From assembly GCA_035648575.1 (NCBI GenBank), contig DASRLG010000041.1, positions 1-38,049 on the forward strand: a stretch of DNA of 38,049 nt. Direction: 5' to 3'. Shown piece by piece: positions 1 through 9,900 of this stretch (its first letter is position 1; each line of letters opens with the position of its first letter). Under the pieces are notes generated by a model. The model had not been told where the DNA came from. It ran no database searches and saw only the letters and a list, made by a program, of their open reading frames with translations. The DNA is from Candidatus Dormiibacterota bacterium. Its GTDB lineage: Bacteria > Patescibacteriota > Saccharimonadia > Saccharimonadales > UBA4665. The translations under genes and the position numbers were made by a program.

Positions 1-815
1 GTTCTGCCCAATCTAGTCTTAGCCTCATTAAATTTTAAGATGTTATTATCTTGGAAATTCGATATCACCTTGCCGGGCCGATAATTATCAAAACTCGACC
101 ACAGATCCTTGGCCTTACCAGTGACCGCCGTGGCCTTGGCCTGGATCTTGTCCAGCAATTGCTGCGCCAGGTTCCGGTCGGTAGCGGAGGCTGCCGAGTC
201 TTCGCTTTCGGCCGCCAGTGAGTCGATGCCGAGCTTCTCGTCATTGATGCTGGTGGCATTCTCGGCCATCGTGGCGGTGTTACGGGCAAACTGGTAGGCT
301 GCCACATGCTCGGCGAAATCAACCGCTTTGTAGCCGCCAATGATAAGGGCTACCAGGATAATCATGCCTATGACTATGACGTTGCTGCCGATCGCGACGC
401 CGACCAGCCACTTTTTTTTCATAGCGCGGGCCTGGATGTTCTGGGCTTTGGCGCGCGCCCGGCGCAAGGGCGCTAAACGGCCATCGTCATCATCCGGGTT
501 ATAGAGACCATCGCCCTCGCCATCTGAGTCTTTAGGGCTTCTTCTACCAGCCGATTGCTCGGAGTCTCGAAGGCTGCCGGGGCTAGCTGATTTGTCCCTG
601 CCCCTATCACCGCCCTGTCGCCCGCCTTGCCTGCCGTCCTCGCCGGATCCGGCGCCGTCTTCGTCCTCCGGGTTATAAAGGCCGCCCTCTTCGGCGTCGC
701 GCAAATCATCGCGCGGAACACCGCCCTCACCGCCACTATGAACGCCGCCCATATCAGGACGAATATCTGAGCGGTTTGGATCTCCTTCCGGAAGTTGGTC
801 TGGTGGCTCTGCCAT
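1..815 (-). CDS. Membrane-anchored protein, 3' end outside the window (partial); last visible gene of the T4SS-like operon
   Basis: Read by hand. It is absent from the ORF track because there is no stop inside the window. ATG at 815 (MAEPPDQLPEGDPNRSD...) with an in-frame stop just upstream. Acidic Gly/Asp-rich N-terminus with two LYNP[ED]D[ED]DG repeats, then a basic stretch RRARAKAQNIQARAMKKKW. One hydrophobic helix follows (LVGVAIGSNVIVIGMIILVALIIGG), then a polar domain running off the left edge. It starts 36 nt after the virB4-like stop. Confidence 0.6.
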   Translation of the reverse strand, partial: MAEPPDQLPEGDPNRSDIRPDMGGVHSGGEGGVPRDDLRDAEEGGLYNPEDEDGAGSGEDGRQGGRQGGDRGRDKSASPGSLRDSEQSAGRRSPKDSDGEGDGLYNPDDDDGRLAPLRRARAKAQNIQARAMKKKWLVGVAIGSNVIVIGMIILVALIIGGYKAVDFAEHVAAYQFARNTATMAENATSINDEKLGIDSLAAESEDSAASATDRNLAQQLLDKIQAKATAVTGKAKDLWSSFDNYRPGKVISNFQDNNILKFNEAKTRLGR

Positions 816-850
816 GTCTGTTTTGCCCGGCTAAGTCTTACTTATGTTTA

Positions 851-2800
851 TTATACGCTATCACCGCTGCCACTGCCCGGGTACAGCCGATTGCCGAGAT
901 CAATAGTCCCCTGCGGCTGGCTGAAGTCGCCGCCCTCTTCGTTAGCCGCGGCCTCGATGGCCCGCACCTGGTCCGGGTTAGTAGTAATCAGGCCGGTTTC
1001 GGTCGGACTGGCCACGACCTGGATGTGGACGTGGTTCTGTCCGGCGAAGAAAAGGCCCTGTCCGACCGGGAACTGGCTGAGGCGTTTACGCTCCTCGCTG
1101 GTCAGTTTGAAAACATCAGTCAACACGTCGACGGCGGTCGGCGATTGCTTCAGCAGGAACTGCATCGAAGCGTTGGCCACGATGGCCCGGCCCATGCGCG
1201 ACCCCATGAAATCTTCCACGTCTTGGCTGATAGTGGTAATGCCCAGGTTATATTTGCGGGCACGCTTAGCCAGGCTGAACAGGAAGCTGGCTGAATCCTC
1301 GTATTTCATAAGCTGCCAGGCCTCGTCGACGATCAGGATGCGGCGTTTCTGGTCGGTCTTGGTTTTGTTCCAGATGTAGTTGAGCACGATGTACATGGCG
1401 ACCGGCCGCAGCTCGTCTTCCAGGTCGCGCAGGTTGAAAACCACCAAGGGGTTGTTGATATCAACATTACTCTGCTGGGAAAATATCCCGGCGAACGTTC
1501 CGGTAGTGTACTTGCGCAACCGCTGCGCCAGTTGCGGCCCGGTGCCGCCCATGTGCAGCAACGTATCATACAGGTCGACAATCGCCGGCGGCACACCCGT
1601 ATGAGTCAACGGATCATTGGTTATCCCGGCCTTGGCATAAGTCTCGATCAGCGCCGCGTCCAGGTCGGCTTCCTCAGAAGGCGCCAGCGGCGGCCCCATC
1701 GCGGCGGCGTTAGCCCCGGCCATCTGGATCTGGGCGCCGCCCATCATCAGCCTCAGCAGGCCGTGCAGGGTTATAAGGTTGCTCCTCAGGGCGTTGTCGG
1801 CCTCCTCGGAATCAACGACTTTTGGCAGGTCAAACGGGTTGATACGGGTCGAGGAACTCAGGCTGAGCCGCACGTAAGCGCCGCCGACGGCATCGCACAT
1901 CCGCTCGTATTCATTCTCGGGGTCAATGATAAATATTTCAGTACCGAACATCATGCTACGCAAAGCTTCCAGCTTAACCGTGAAGCTCTTACCGGCACCG
2001 GACTTGGCAAAAACCACCGAATTACCGTTTTCCAGAGAGAAACGGTCGAAGATAACCAAACCGGAGTTATGCATGTTGATGCCATACAAAATGCCGGTAT
2101 CCTGACTCAAATCGGCGCTCGTAAACGGAAAGCTGGTACTCAAAGCCCCGGTGCTCATGTTGCGCCGGATCAGCAGCTGGTCGACCAGTTGCGGCACCGT
2201 GCTGTTCAGCCCCTGTTCCTGCTGCGAAGTCGCGGCCTTGCTGTAAACCAGTTGCTGGCCGAGCATCGACTCCACCTTATGGGCAACGAATTCCAGCTCT
2301 TCCATACTGCCGGCGTAGAGCGTGAAATACAGCCCGAACCGGAAGAATCGCTCCTCGCCGACCTGCAGCTTGTCGCGCATTTCTTCGGCGTCCTGGATGG
2401 CCACTTCCTTGCCGGGGTCGCGGACCCGCCCTTTCTCGGCTTCGATCTGGATGCCGGCCTCCAGCTGGGTGACTTTCTTGCGCAGATTCTCCAGCACCAC
2501 CTGGCTCTCGACAGGATAAATATACATGCTCGTATCAATGACCTCGTCGAGGTTAATCATGCTGCTCAGCCAACCGGTATAAAGCTGCCGAGGGTAGCCA
2601 TAAACGTAGTAAGTCCGAGCGTAGCGCGTGCCAAGCTGGAAGTGCGTGTTGCTGAACTCCAGCGAGCTGGGAGCTACGAAATCGCGCAGCGCCGTGATGC
2701 CTTTTTGGAATGCCGCCTGGACTTCCTGCTCTTCGCGGGCGCGCTGGGCCTGGGCCACGGCCACGGGATCCATTGGCGGCTGTTTCTTCCTGCCAAGCAT
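851..2800 (-). CDS. virB4: VirB4/TrbE-family type IV secretion ATPase
   Basis: 649-aa ORF with ATG start. Walker A FAKSGAGKS and Walker B-like RRILIVDEAW are present. The N-terminal block YARTYYVYGYPRQLYTGWL...IDTSMYIYP is typical of Gram-positive-type VirB4 proteins. Antisense ORFs on the plus strand are low-complexity. Confidence 0.9.
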   Translation of the reverse strand: MLGRKKQPPMDPVAVAQAQRAREEQEVQAAFQKGITALRDFVAPSSLEFSNTHFQLGTRYARTYYVYGYPRQLYTGWLSSMINLDEVIDTSMYIYPVESQVVLENLRKKVTQLEAGIQIEAEKGRVRDPGKEVAIQDAEEMRDKLQVGEERFFRFGLYFTLYAGSMEELEFVAHKVESMLGQQLVYSKAATSQQEQGLNSTVPQLVDQLLIRRNMSTGALSTSFPFTSADLSQDTGILYGINMHNSGLVIFDRFSLENGNSVVFAKSGAGKSFTVKLEALRSMMFGTEIFIIDPENEYERMCDAVGGAYVRLSLSSSTRINPFDLPKVVDSEEADNALRSNLITLHGLLRLMMGGAQIQMAGANAAAMGPPLAPSEEADLDAALIETYAKAGITNDPLTHTGVPPAIVDLYDTLLHMGGTGPQLAQRLRKYTTGTFAGIFSQQSNVDINNPLVVFNLRDLEDELRPVAMYIVLNYIWNKTKTDQKRRILIVDEAWQLMKYEDSASFLFSLAKRARKYNLGITTISQDVEDFMGSRMGRAIVANASMQFLLKQSPTAVDVLTDVFKLTSEERKRLSQFPVGQGLFFAGQNHVHIQVVASPTETGLITTNPDQVRAIEAAANEEGGDFSQPQGTIDLGNRLYPGSGSGDSV

Positions 2801-2837
2801 GATCAGCTACTGCCCCCGTTTATCCACCCGAGCCGTC

Positions 2838-3785
2838 TCATTGCAATTCCCTCTGCAAGTGCGCCTGCGGCGCGTTGCCCTCGCCCTTGGTAATGATATC
2901 GGCCGTCAAGTTATTGAAATCCTTAAGCTGCTGCCGGGTGGCGGTATCCGGATTATAGGTATCGTAGTACAGCTCGATCAGTTCCTGGGTATCAAGCGGC
3001 AACCCCTGGATGCTGCACTGCATCAGGCCTGACAAAACTGCCTGCACCCGGTTGCGCAGCTCGGTCTTGGCGTTTTCCAGGTCCGGCTCGTTGATGACGA
3101 CATGCTGGTCTTTTTTGTTAAATAAACCGCCTATGCCCCCCAGGAAGTTTTTGCTCTGGGTCAGTGCCTTTTGGGTATCAACAACCGGGAAAAACGGAAC
3201 CACGACGTAGAATTTTTTATCCATGATGTTAGTCTGCTGGCTAAGGTCACCGATATAGCTGATGTAGTCTTCCATGAGCAGCGCCAACAGCATGTTGTCG
3301 TGCTCGGTACGGATCTTGTCGAGTTTGTTGATGTAAGGCACCAGATCAACTTTCTGCGAGCGCATGAAGATCTGAATCGGAAAATAAAGCGAGTTCAGGA
3401 ACCCCTGGTAGCTATATTCGACAGCTTCCTGCTCCTGGCTGCTCATCAGGTCGAAGTTAATACTTTTGACCATAACTACCGAACGGAAAGAGCCGTCGTT
3501 CATGATAACGATACCGTCGCGAACCTCGGCGATTTGCAAGGAGTTCTGGGTGCTGTTGGGGTGCGGGGCTGGCTTGGGGGCCTTGTCCGCGCCGACCGTA
3601 GGCATATTGAGAGGTGCCGCCGCGTTGGCGCCACCGGGTGCCGTTACGGGGGCGATTGATTGACCTGGTATCAGAGGTGATGGCAAAGGGACGGCATTCG
3701 TCATGTCCGGTACGGGAACAGGAACGGCCGCGGCCGGCTGAGAGGGATTAGGCTGGTTTGGTGTCGTTTGTGTTGACGGATCCAT
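2838..3785 (-). CDS. T4SS-associated protein with a Pro-rich N-terminus and a VirB4-N-terminal-domain-like body, no P-loop
   Basis: ORF 2838..3821; the track start at 3821 is TTG and the first ATG is at 3785 (MDPSTQTT...). The body IAEVRDGIVIMNDGSFRSVVMVKSINFDLMSSQEQEAVEYSYQGFLNSLYFPIQIFMRSQKVDL resembles N-terminal non-ATPase domains of VirB4/TraC-type proteins as I recall them. No Walker A motif is seen. Confidence 0.7.
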   Translation of the reverse strand: MDPSTQTTPNQPNPSQPAAAVPVPVPDMTNAVPLPSPLIPGQSIAPVTAPGGANAAAPLNMPTVGADKAPKPAPHPNSTQNSLQIAEVRDGIVIMNDGSFRSVVMVKSINFDLMSSQEQEAVEYSYQGFLNSLYFPIQIFMRSQKVDLVPYINKLDKIRTEHDNMLLALLMEDYISYIGDLSQQTNIMDKKFYVVVPFFPVVDTQKALTQSKNFLGGIGGLFNKKDQHVVINEPDLENAKTELRNRVQAVLSGLMQCSIQGLPLDTQELIELYYDTYNPDTATRQQLKDFNNLTADIITKGEGNAPQAHLQRELQ

Positions 3786-3843
3786 GGTACGTTCGTTTGC
3801 CCCACCTTTATCTGTGATCAAGTATCACTCTTGCAATAACGAA

Positions 3844-5007
3844 TCAGTGTAATGAAATCATGACCTCGTTGCGCGGCTGGTTTTCGTCACCCCTGTTTTT
3901 GCGGGCCTCGCGAGCCAAAGTCGCCACATCGAAATCATCGTTCTTGGCCAAGGATAGTATAGCAGGATCACTGGTCGCTGTCACCGTATCGTTACTGGCA
4001 GCCGCCGCTGTTTGAGGGTTCGTACCGTCGCTTGGAGCCGGCATCGGAATGTCGGCTGGCGGCGCGGCCGGTTGGCTCCCCAGAGGCTGCAAGGTGCGCA
4101 AATTACCAAACGACACCTGCCGCGAACTGGCCTGCGCCGACAAGCGGGCCGCCAACGCGGCTTCATCCGGTGTTGTCTCACCGGCCACCGGCGCCGGAAT
4201 CGTCGCGCTGGTGACCATCGGTTCCGGTGGGCGCGCCATGGCCGCGGCACCCGTCCCGGCTGGCATTGCCATGGCTGGCGCGGCTGCTGCCTGCCCGTTA
4301 TTCATGAACCAGCTGTCACTTGCCGCTGCCGGCTGCTTAGCCTTAGCCGCCTCGTCCTGCCGGACATCATTAAGCTGGTCGAGCAATTGCTGCCGGCGGT
4401 TCCGGCTGGAACGGTCGATCATAGTATCAAACTGCTGGGCAATAGGGTTATTGGTCTCGTCAAGCATGTCGTCAGCCGCCGGCATATCGTCAGCGGGTAC
4501 GTCCTGGGGCATGCTGCTGATATCGATTAAACGGTCGGAGTTCATGTCGGCTACCACCGGGGAATAAACGCCGCTGCTGGCGTTTTTGGTCGCCCAACCG
4601 CGGCTGTCGATAGTATCGGCCAACGCCCGCAAGCGACTTGTGACTTCCGTCTGGCTAAGCCCGTTGGTCAGTACCCGCTCGACTTTTTTAGGCACGGTTA
4701 TGGTTACCAGTTCCTTAACGCCGCTCTGGTTCCAGATCCGCTGCCGCGGCTTAAACCAGAACCTTAACTTAGCCAACGCCCAGGTCTCCGTCGGCTGGTC
4801 CCGCCCGAACGGAAAGGCAAAAAACGCGCAGAACAACGCCGGCGGCAAAAACAGCACCAGCAAAAACGCGGCGTTCTTAGTCACCAAAATAAAACATATA
4901 TAGAACAGGAACACGGCCACCAAGGCGAAAATAAACTGCCTCAACGTCAACGGCCCCAGGATTTTGTCCTCGGCCTCGATATCCTGAATCAGTTTGTATG
5001 TTGCCAC
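3844..5007 (-). CDS. PrgI/TcpE/VirB3-like small-membrane-domain T4SS protein with a long disordered Ala/Pro-rich C-terminus
   Basis: The N-terminus YKLIQDIEAEDKILGPLTLRQFIFALVAVFLFYICFILV...LLVLFLPPALFCAFFAF has the LT.RQ motif followed by two TM helices, as in the PrgI family. It lies immediately upstream of the VirB4-type genes. Confidence 0.65.
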   Translation of the reverse strand: MATYKLIQDIEAEDKILGPLTLRQFIFALVAVFLFYICFILVTKNAAFLLVLFLPPALFCAFFAFPFGRDQPTETWALAKLRFWFKPRQRIWNQSGVKELVTITVPKKVERVLTNGLSQTEVTSRLRALADTIDSRGWATKNASSGVYSPVVADMNSDRLIDISSMPQDVPADDMPAADDMLDETNNPIAQQFDTMIDRSSRNRRQQLLDQLNDVRQDEAAKAKQPAAASDSWFMNNGQAAAAPAMAMPAGTGAAAMARPPEPMVTSATIPAPVAGETTPDEAALAARLSAQASSRQVSFGNLRTLQPLGSQPAAPPADIPMPAPSDGTNPQTAAAASNDTVTATSDPAILSLAKNDDFDVATLAREARKNRGDENQPRNEVMISLH

Positions 5008-5051
5008 AATACCTTAAGTATAACAAACCACAACCGGATAAGGCACAGGTC

Positions 5052-6812
5052 TTACGGGCCTGTCGAACGAGCACGCTGGAGGTTCAGGCCGATGGCCACG
5101 AAGTCCTTCTTACCAAGCTGGTGTCCTGGCGTACCGGCAGTAACGGTTTGCAGGATATCCACGATCTCTTTCTTAGCAAAATCCGGTACGTTTAGGGCGT
5201 TGAAAGCGTCCCAATCAAACGAGTATGTATCCGGTGTCTCCTGAACGATGTCATTGCCCTTTTTATCATGGCCCAGGATCTTTCCACCGGGTTTAGTGAT
5301 CACCAGCACCGTATCAGCTGTTCGGCGACCGAGCAGGTCGTTAACAATCATAGCTTGAACACGCCGTGCTTCCACATGGTCATTGTCGAAAGGATTACCG
5401 ACTTTGACACCGAAATCATCATATCGCTGGAAATCATCGGCCAATTCACTAGGGTGCTTAGCTAAGTAGCGCTGTTCTGCTAATTGCCAAAGTATCAGGC
5501 CGAGGCTCGCGTCTTCTACATCCTGCCTAAGGCCAAAGCCCTTCAAAGCCTCGGTGTATTCGTAGGTCATACGGCTAGCCATGTCAATTACGGCGGTTTT
5601 GCCTAACTCGGCAACCATTTCCTGTAAGGATGCCACGTACTTTTCCAGGAATTGTTCGCCCTGGAGCCTGATCCGGTCGGCAACTACCTGATGGTCCCTG
5701 TAAATATCGTCGAGCGTGAATATATCCTCATAAGCCAGGAGAGCAACAGCCTCTTCCCTAGACAGTGAATTTTCAGTGGGGTCATGTTCCTCGCCGACAG
5801 TGTCCGGTCCGGCGGTCCAGCCTTCACGGCCCGGGGCCGGTGCCAGCATGAAGCTGGTACTGACCCGGCCGATGCTTGATAACACGGCTGGGTCAGGCTG
5901 TTCATCTGGCATTTCCAGGTGCAGGTCGCTCAACGCCTTGCCCATAGTATTAAGGTGCTTCTTCAGGCCGTCATCCCTATAGACGCGCTGGTGAGTGGCA
6001 TCGCCAGCGGCATTGTAGGTCTTGACTACGAAAGTTCGCACCGGGTGCTTATCGCCTTCAGGGCCTTCCATCAGTAGGACTTCTTCGGTCACGCGCTGGA
6101 CGCTGCCGTTAACTTTCCACGTAACGCCTTTCAGACCCAGGCCCAATCGTTCCTGGTGTTCCATGACAGTATCGAAGACTGACTTGTCGGGGTCGACACG
6201 TTCGATAGGCCTTACGTTGGGGTTGTTCCGTCTAATCCGTTCCGGAGCGTCCTGCCAACCGAAATCGGTGAACCACTCAAAGGGCGTGAATTCGTCACTC
6301 GGATGGTCAAGCCAGCCTGCCAGCGCGTCATCTTCATAACCTATAACGTCAGCCAACTCTCCATCTGGAGGAGTTACTTTGACTGTCCAGCGCCGTCCCG
6401 TGCCAGGTGTTAGAACGGTTTCCTTTTGCTCTGCGCGGCCTACGTAAGGGCCACCTCTTAATGTACTTCTAGCTCGGGGGCGCCACTTACCGGTCGGCTT
6501 GTCTTCCCTATTCGTTACGTGGTAGGCATCGTAATCGGTAAATTCATATAATTGGCCGTTGCGGTCGCGTAGCCAGAAGCCCCTTAGGTCAGGCCGGTTG
6601 TGGGCTTCGCCGTTCTCCATGACCTGTTCGGAGATTAATCTCAAGGGGTCAAATTCCCGGCGCAGCATCGAGGGCCCTATTTCCATACCCATGGTCGCGG
6701 TGGCCGGTGCTGCGGCACCGAGCTCCACTGTCGGAGGCAGGCCAACAGGTACGACTGCCGTGGTCGGGTCGGCGGCTGGTTCTGGTCGGAGTGCTAGTTC
6801 TTCTGAGGCCAT
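5052..6812 (-). CDS. Hypothetical soluble acidic protein (586 aa) embedded in the T4SS-like operon
   Basis: Long ORF with ATG start and natural amino-acid composition. I recognise no signal peptide, TM segment, P-loop or HExxH motif. It is preceded by a 156-bp AT-rich spacer carrying a consensus promoter. Confidence 0.8.
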   Translation of the reverse strand: MASEELALRPEPAADPTTAVVPVGLPPTVELGAAAPATATMGMEIGPSMLRREFDPLRLISEQVMENGEAHNRPDLRGFWLRDRNGQLYEFTDYDAYHVTNREDKPTGKWRPRARSTLRGGPYVGRAEQKETVLTPGTGRRWTVKVTPPDGELADVIGYEDDALAGWLDHPSDEFTPFEWFTDFGWQDAPERIRRNNPNVRPIERVDPDKSVFDTVMEHQERLGLGLKGVTWKVNGSVQRVTEEVLLMEGPEGDKHPVRTFVVKTYNAAGDATHQRVYRDDGLKKHLNTMGKALSDLHLEMPDEQPDPAVLSSIGRVSTSFMLAPAPGREGWTAGPDTVGEEHDPTENSLSREEAVALLAYEDIFTLDDIYRDHQVVADRIRLQGEQFLEKYVASLQEMVAELGKTAVIDMASRMTYEYTEALKGFGLRQDVEDASLGLILWQLAEQRYLAKHPSELADDFQRYDDFGVKVGNPFDNDHVEARRVQAMIVNDLLGRRTADTVLVITKPGGKILGHDKKGNDIVQETPDTYSFDWDAFNALNVPDFAKKEIVDILQTVTAGTPGHQLGKKDFVAIGLNLQRARSTGP

Positions 6813-6846
6813 GATAAGAGTTTTTGTTTATTTGTTATCAATATAG

Positions 6847-6875
6847 ATTATAGCTGATAATTCTAATATTGTCAA
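6847..6875 (-). promoter_or_regulatory. Sigma-70-type promoter, perfect consensus TTGACA-17-TATAAT (minus strand)
   Basis: The minus strand reads TTGACA (complement of 6870-6875), a 17-nt spacer, then TATAAT (complement of 6847-6852). It lies 34 nt upstream of the ATG at 6812. Confidence 0.55.
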
Positions 6876-6968
6876 CTATGTAGCTTGATAATTAAACAGG
6901 AGAGAAGAAGAACAGGTAGTTTATTCCGTGGGAGTGTCGAATTCGATAACTTATAGGTTTAGTTAGGT

Positions 6969-9900
6969 TTAGTGATTACGGGCGGCTTCGTCGGCGGCTT
7001 TCTGCGCTTCCGCGGCATCTTGCTGCTGCCTGGCCTGTTCGCGCGGGTCGTAATCTCTTGGTTTAGGCAGGGGTACGCCTTCTTTGCGGAGCTCTTCGGA
7101 CATGTCGCTCCATTCGGCCTTGGCGCCAGTGTCGTTGTAGCCGTAAGGACCGGCCTGGTTGACGATAAGGTCCTGCATGGCGCGGGCTGCGCCGGTGTAG
7201 TTGCCTTGATCGTCTTTCTCTCTGGCGATATCCATGTTGGTGAGACGGGCCGACTGTACGGCTTCGGCCTTGGCACCGGTCCAGTCGGAGGCCTTGATGC
7301 TCATAGCGTTGGACCTCGCGGCTCCCTTGCGCTTCTGGCGCTGGGCCGCGGTTAGATTAGAATTGTCGTCAAAGACAGAGTAGAACTTGCCCTTGGTGCC
7401 GGTGGCCGATCCGTCTTTGTCCACCATGACGCCATGTCCCCACCTGGTTTCCGGCCGCAGGCGGGCGCCGGCGTCGGAAGCTTTCTTGACGACGCTCTGG
7501 GCGTAGGAGGCGCCGCCGCCCTTGCCCTTGCGCGCGGTTATGGAGTTGCCGATTTCCGCCAGGTCCTGTTGTTCGGCGCGGCCGGCGTTGGCTAGGCCGA
7601 GGGCACCCATCGTCTGGACGTCGGCCCGGAACAGCTCGGGGTTGTTGCTTATATTGGCCAGGGTACCGCGAGCGGTGTGAAGGCCGGCGGCGGCCAGTTG
7701 CTCTTTTTCCCTGCCGCTGCTGCCGAGGATCTCGGTTATCTTATCGATGTCTTTCAGGGACCTTGGCGCTCTTGATACGCCTGTCTCTCTGTCTATGAAG
7801 CCTTCGTCCATAAGTTGCTTCTGGGTCTCCTCGCTGAAGCCGCGGTATGAACCGGATAACGCGCGCCAGCCTTCGTAATGCATGCCGCCCTTGGATTCTA
7901 TTTCTTGCCAGCCCTTGGTGCTGTGGTCGATCATGGCGTCGTCGATTTTGTTTTCTATGCCGGCCGCGAAACGCTTGAAGCCGGGCGTGCCCTTTTGGCC
8001 AAGCTTGCCCGGAACCATTTCGTCGGCGTCGAAGGCCCATTCAGCCAGCCGGCTGCCCATTCGGCCGACACTCCTGCCATTCTTGCCGAAGCGGCCGAAC
8101 TCGGGGTTCCAAAGGTAGCCGGCGCGGGCGCGCTGGACGCGGCCGGCAGTGTGCTCTTTGCGCTTCTTGCTCAGGTAGCCATAACCGCCTTGGGCGCGGC
8201 TATTGACCAGGTTGGCCATACCGCCCAGCGCCCCGCCGGCAAACTTGAAAGTCATAGGAATCATTAAATAGGGCGCGAAGTAGGCGATGAAGCCGATTAT
8301 TTGGCTCAGTATGTCGGAACTCTGGTTGACGGCGATAGCCGAAAATACGCGGCCAATGGCTATGAAGCCGGCGATCAGGGGGAACATGAACAAGGCTTTG
8401 CTGAAATTTTCCCACCAGAACTTAAAAGCCCTTTGGAAATAAGGATTAGGCAATATGTAAGCGGCAATCCCTAGGGGCGACAGTATGGTCAGGCCAATGA
8501 CGACGAGAGCTCTCAAGATCAGTGTCGCGAAGCCGACTACAACCGCCAGGGCGGCCATACCGACGAAAGTCAATAAGCCGAACACCCCCATGGCAACCCC
8601 GACGATCGAGGGGATTAGTACCGCGGCGCTTTGGGAGAGGCTAAGGTGGATGCTGGTATTGATACCGATGAAGGGCGCTTCTATCAGGCGCCTTATGCCA
8701 AACCCCAGGTCGTTTGTAAGCGTTATGAAAAACCTCATTAACTGCCAGGACATAGCTATAGCAATCGATGCTATCAGAAGTCGCGGCAGGACTTTACGAA
8801 TAGTATAAGCGTCCAGCATTTCCAGGCCCAAAGCCTGGGCTATCAGGACTAATATGGTTGCCAGTGCTATCAGGCCGAGTGCTATATCCCGGAAATACCC
8901 CCAAGCCGTATGGTAAGCGTCACATTGGCCGCCGGTACCGCAAGAGCCGTCAGGATTGGCAAAGATCTGGTCGGGATTATCAGAATTACCGTTGGTACCC
9001 ACCGACAATTCGCTGTTAATCGCGCCGTCCAGGGCGCTGACTATGCCTACGAGTCCCTTTACGATGCCGCAGACCAGCCAATTAAGCGGGTTAAGCCCGG
9101 CATGACAGTTTAATGACAGGTCTTGGCTAGAGCTGCCGCCCCCGCCACCGCCAACACCGCTACTGCCTGCCGCCTCGTCACTGGCCAGCTTGCCGTCGGC
9201 ACCTTTGGTGTCAGCCAGTTGAATCAGTATGCCGTCGCTCTCATAACAACCCTGCCCGTCACTATGGAGCGAAGCGCCGGTAATAATGGACGGGAAGCCG
9301 GTTGATAAGGGGTTGTCGCTTGAACTGTTCTTTATGACCAGCGTCCCGCTGGTGGGCCAGCCCGAAGCGCCGCTAATTTGGCTTTGGCAGGTTTTGTTAT
9401 AGCTTCTGCCTTTGGCAGCCATATAGGGGCCGCTGCCAGCGGTGTTTTGCGTAAAGACAATAGCCGTCTGGTCCGAAGTACTTATAGTGCCGCTATCCTG
9501 CCAGACGAAGTAATAATTGAATCCGGCCGGGTCGGAATTAGGACTCAGGGTTATTGGATCATCGGTTTCTACGCAATTATTATTGCCGCCGCCCGGCGTG
9601 GTGAATAGATGGATAGTAGCCGAAGCCGTAGCGTTTTGGTAATTGGAGCCGTCGGAGTTAGGGAAGCCGTTTATATAGTTCTTCGCCGAGCAGCTATCGC
9701 TGGAGTTTTGAAGCACGAAGCTCAGGTTATTGTCTTCCTTATTATCATAATAAACGCTACTGCCGACGCTGATGTGGCTATGGTCGATCCACTGGCCTAT
9801 CTGGGGGGACTGCTTGCCGGTTATGGTTATAGAGCCGTAATCTTTTGAGATCCCGCCGATATCGCTGCCGCAATCCGACTTTATGTCCGCGCTGGAGGAG

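Noticed and set aside
65-736. Minus-strand track ORFs 65..340 and 473..736
   Set aside because: Both are out of frame with the long hand-read ORF (1..815, minus). That ORF has a coherent acidic region, a TM helix and a polar domain. The listed ORFs translate to Pro/Arg/Trp-rich sequences.
1532-2893. 453-aa plus-strand ORF, plus other plus-strand ORFs at 776-1379 and 2628-3032, antisense to virB4
   Set aside because: The translations are Arg/Gly/His/Gln-rich low-complexity strings typical of antisense frames in GC-rich coding DNA. The minus strand carries Walker A and B motifs and a full VirB4 architecture.
6937-6946. 10-bp perfect palindrome TCGAATTCGA upstream of the consensus promoter
   Set aside because: It is kept only as a note inside another finding. 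A 10-bp palindrome containing a restriction site can occur by chance, and no second copy was seen.
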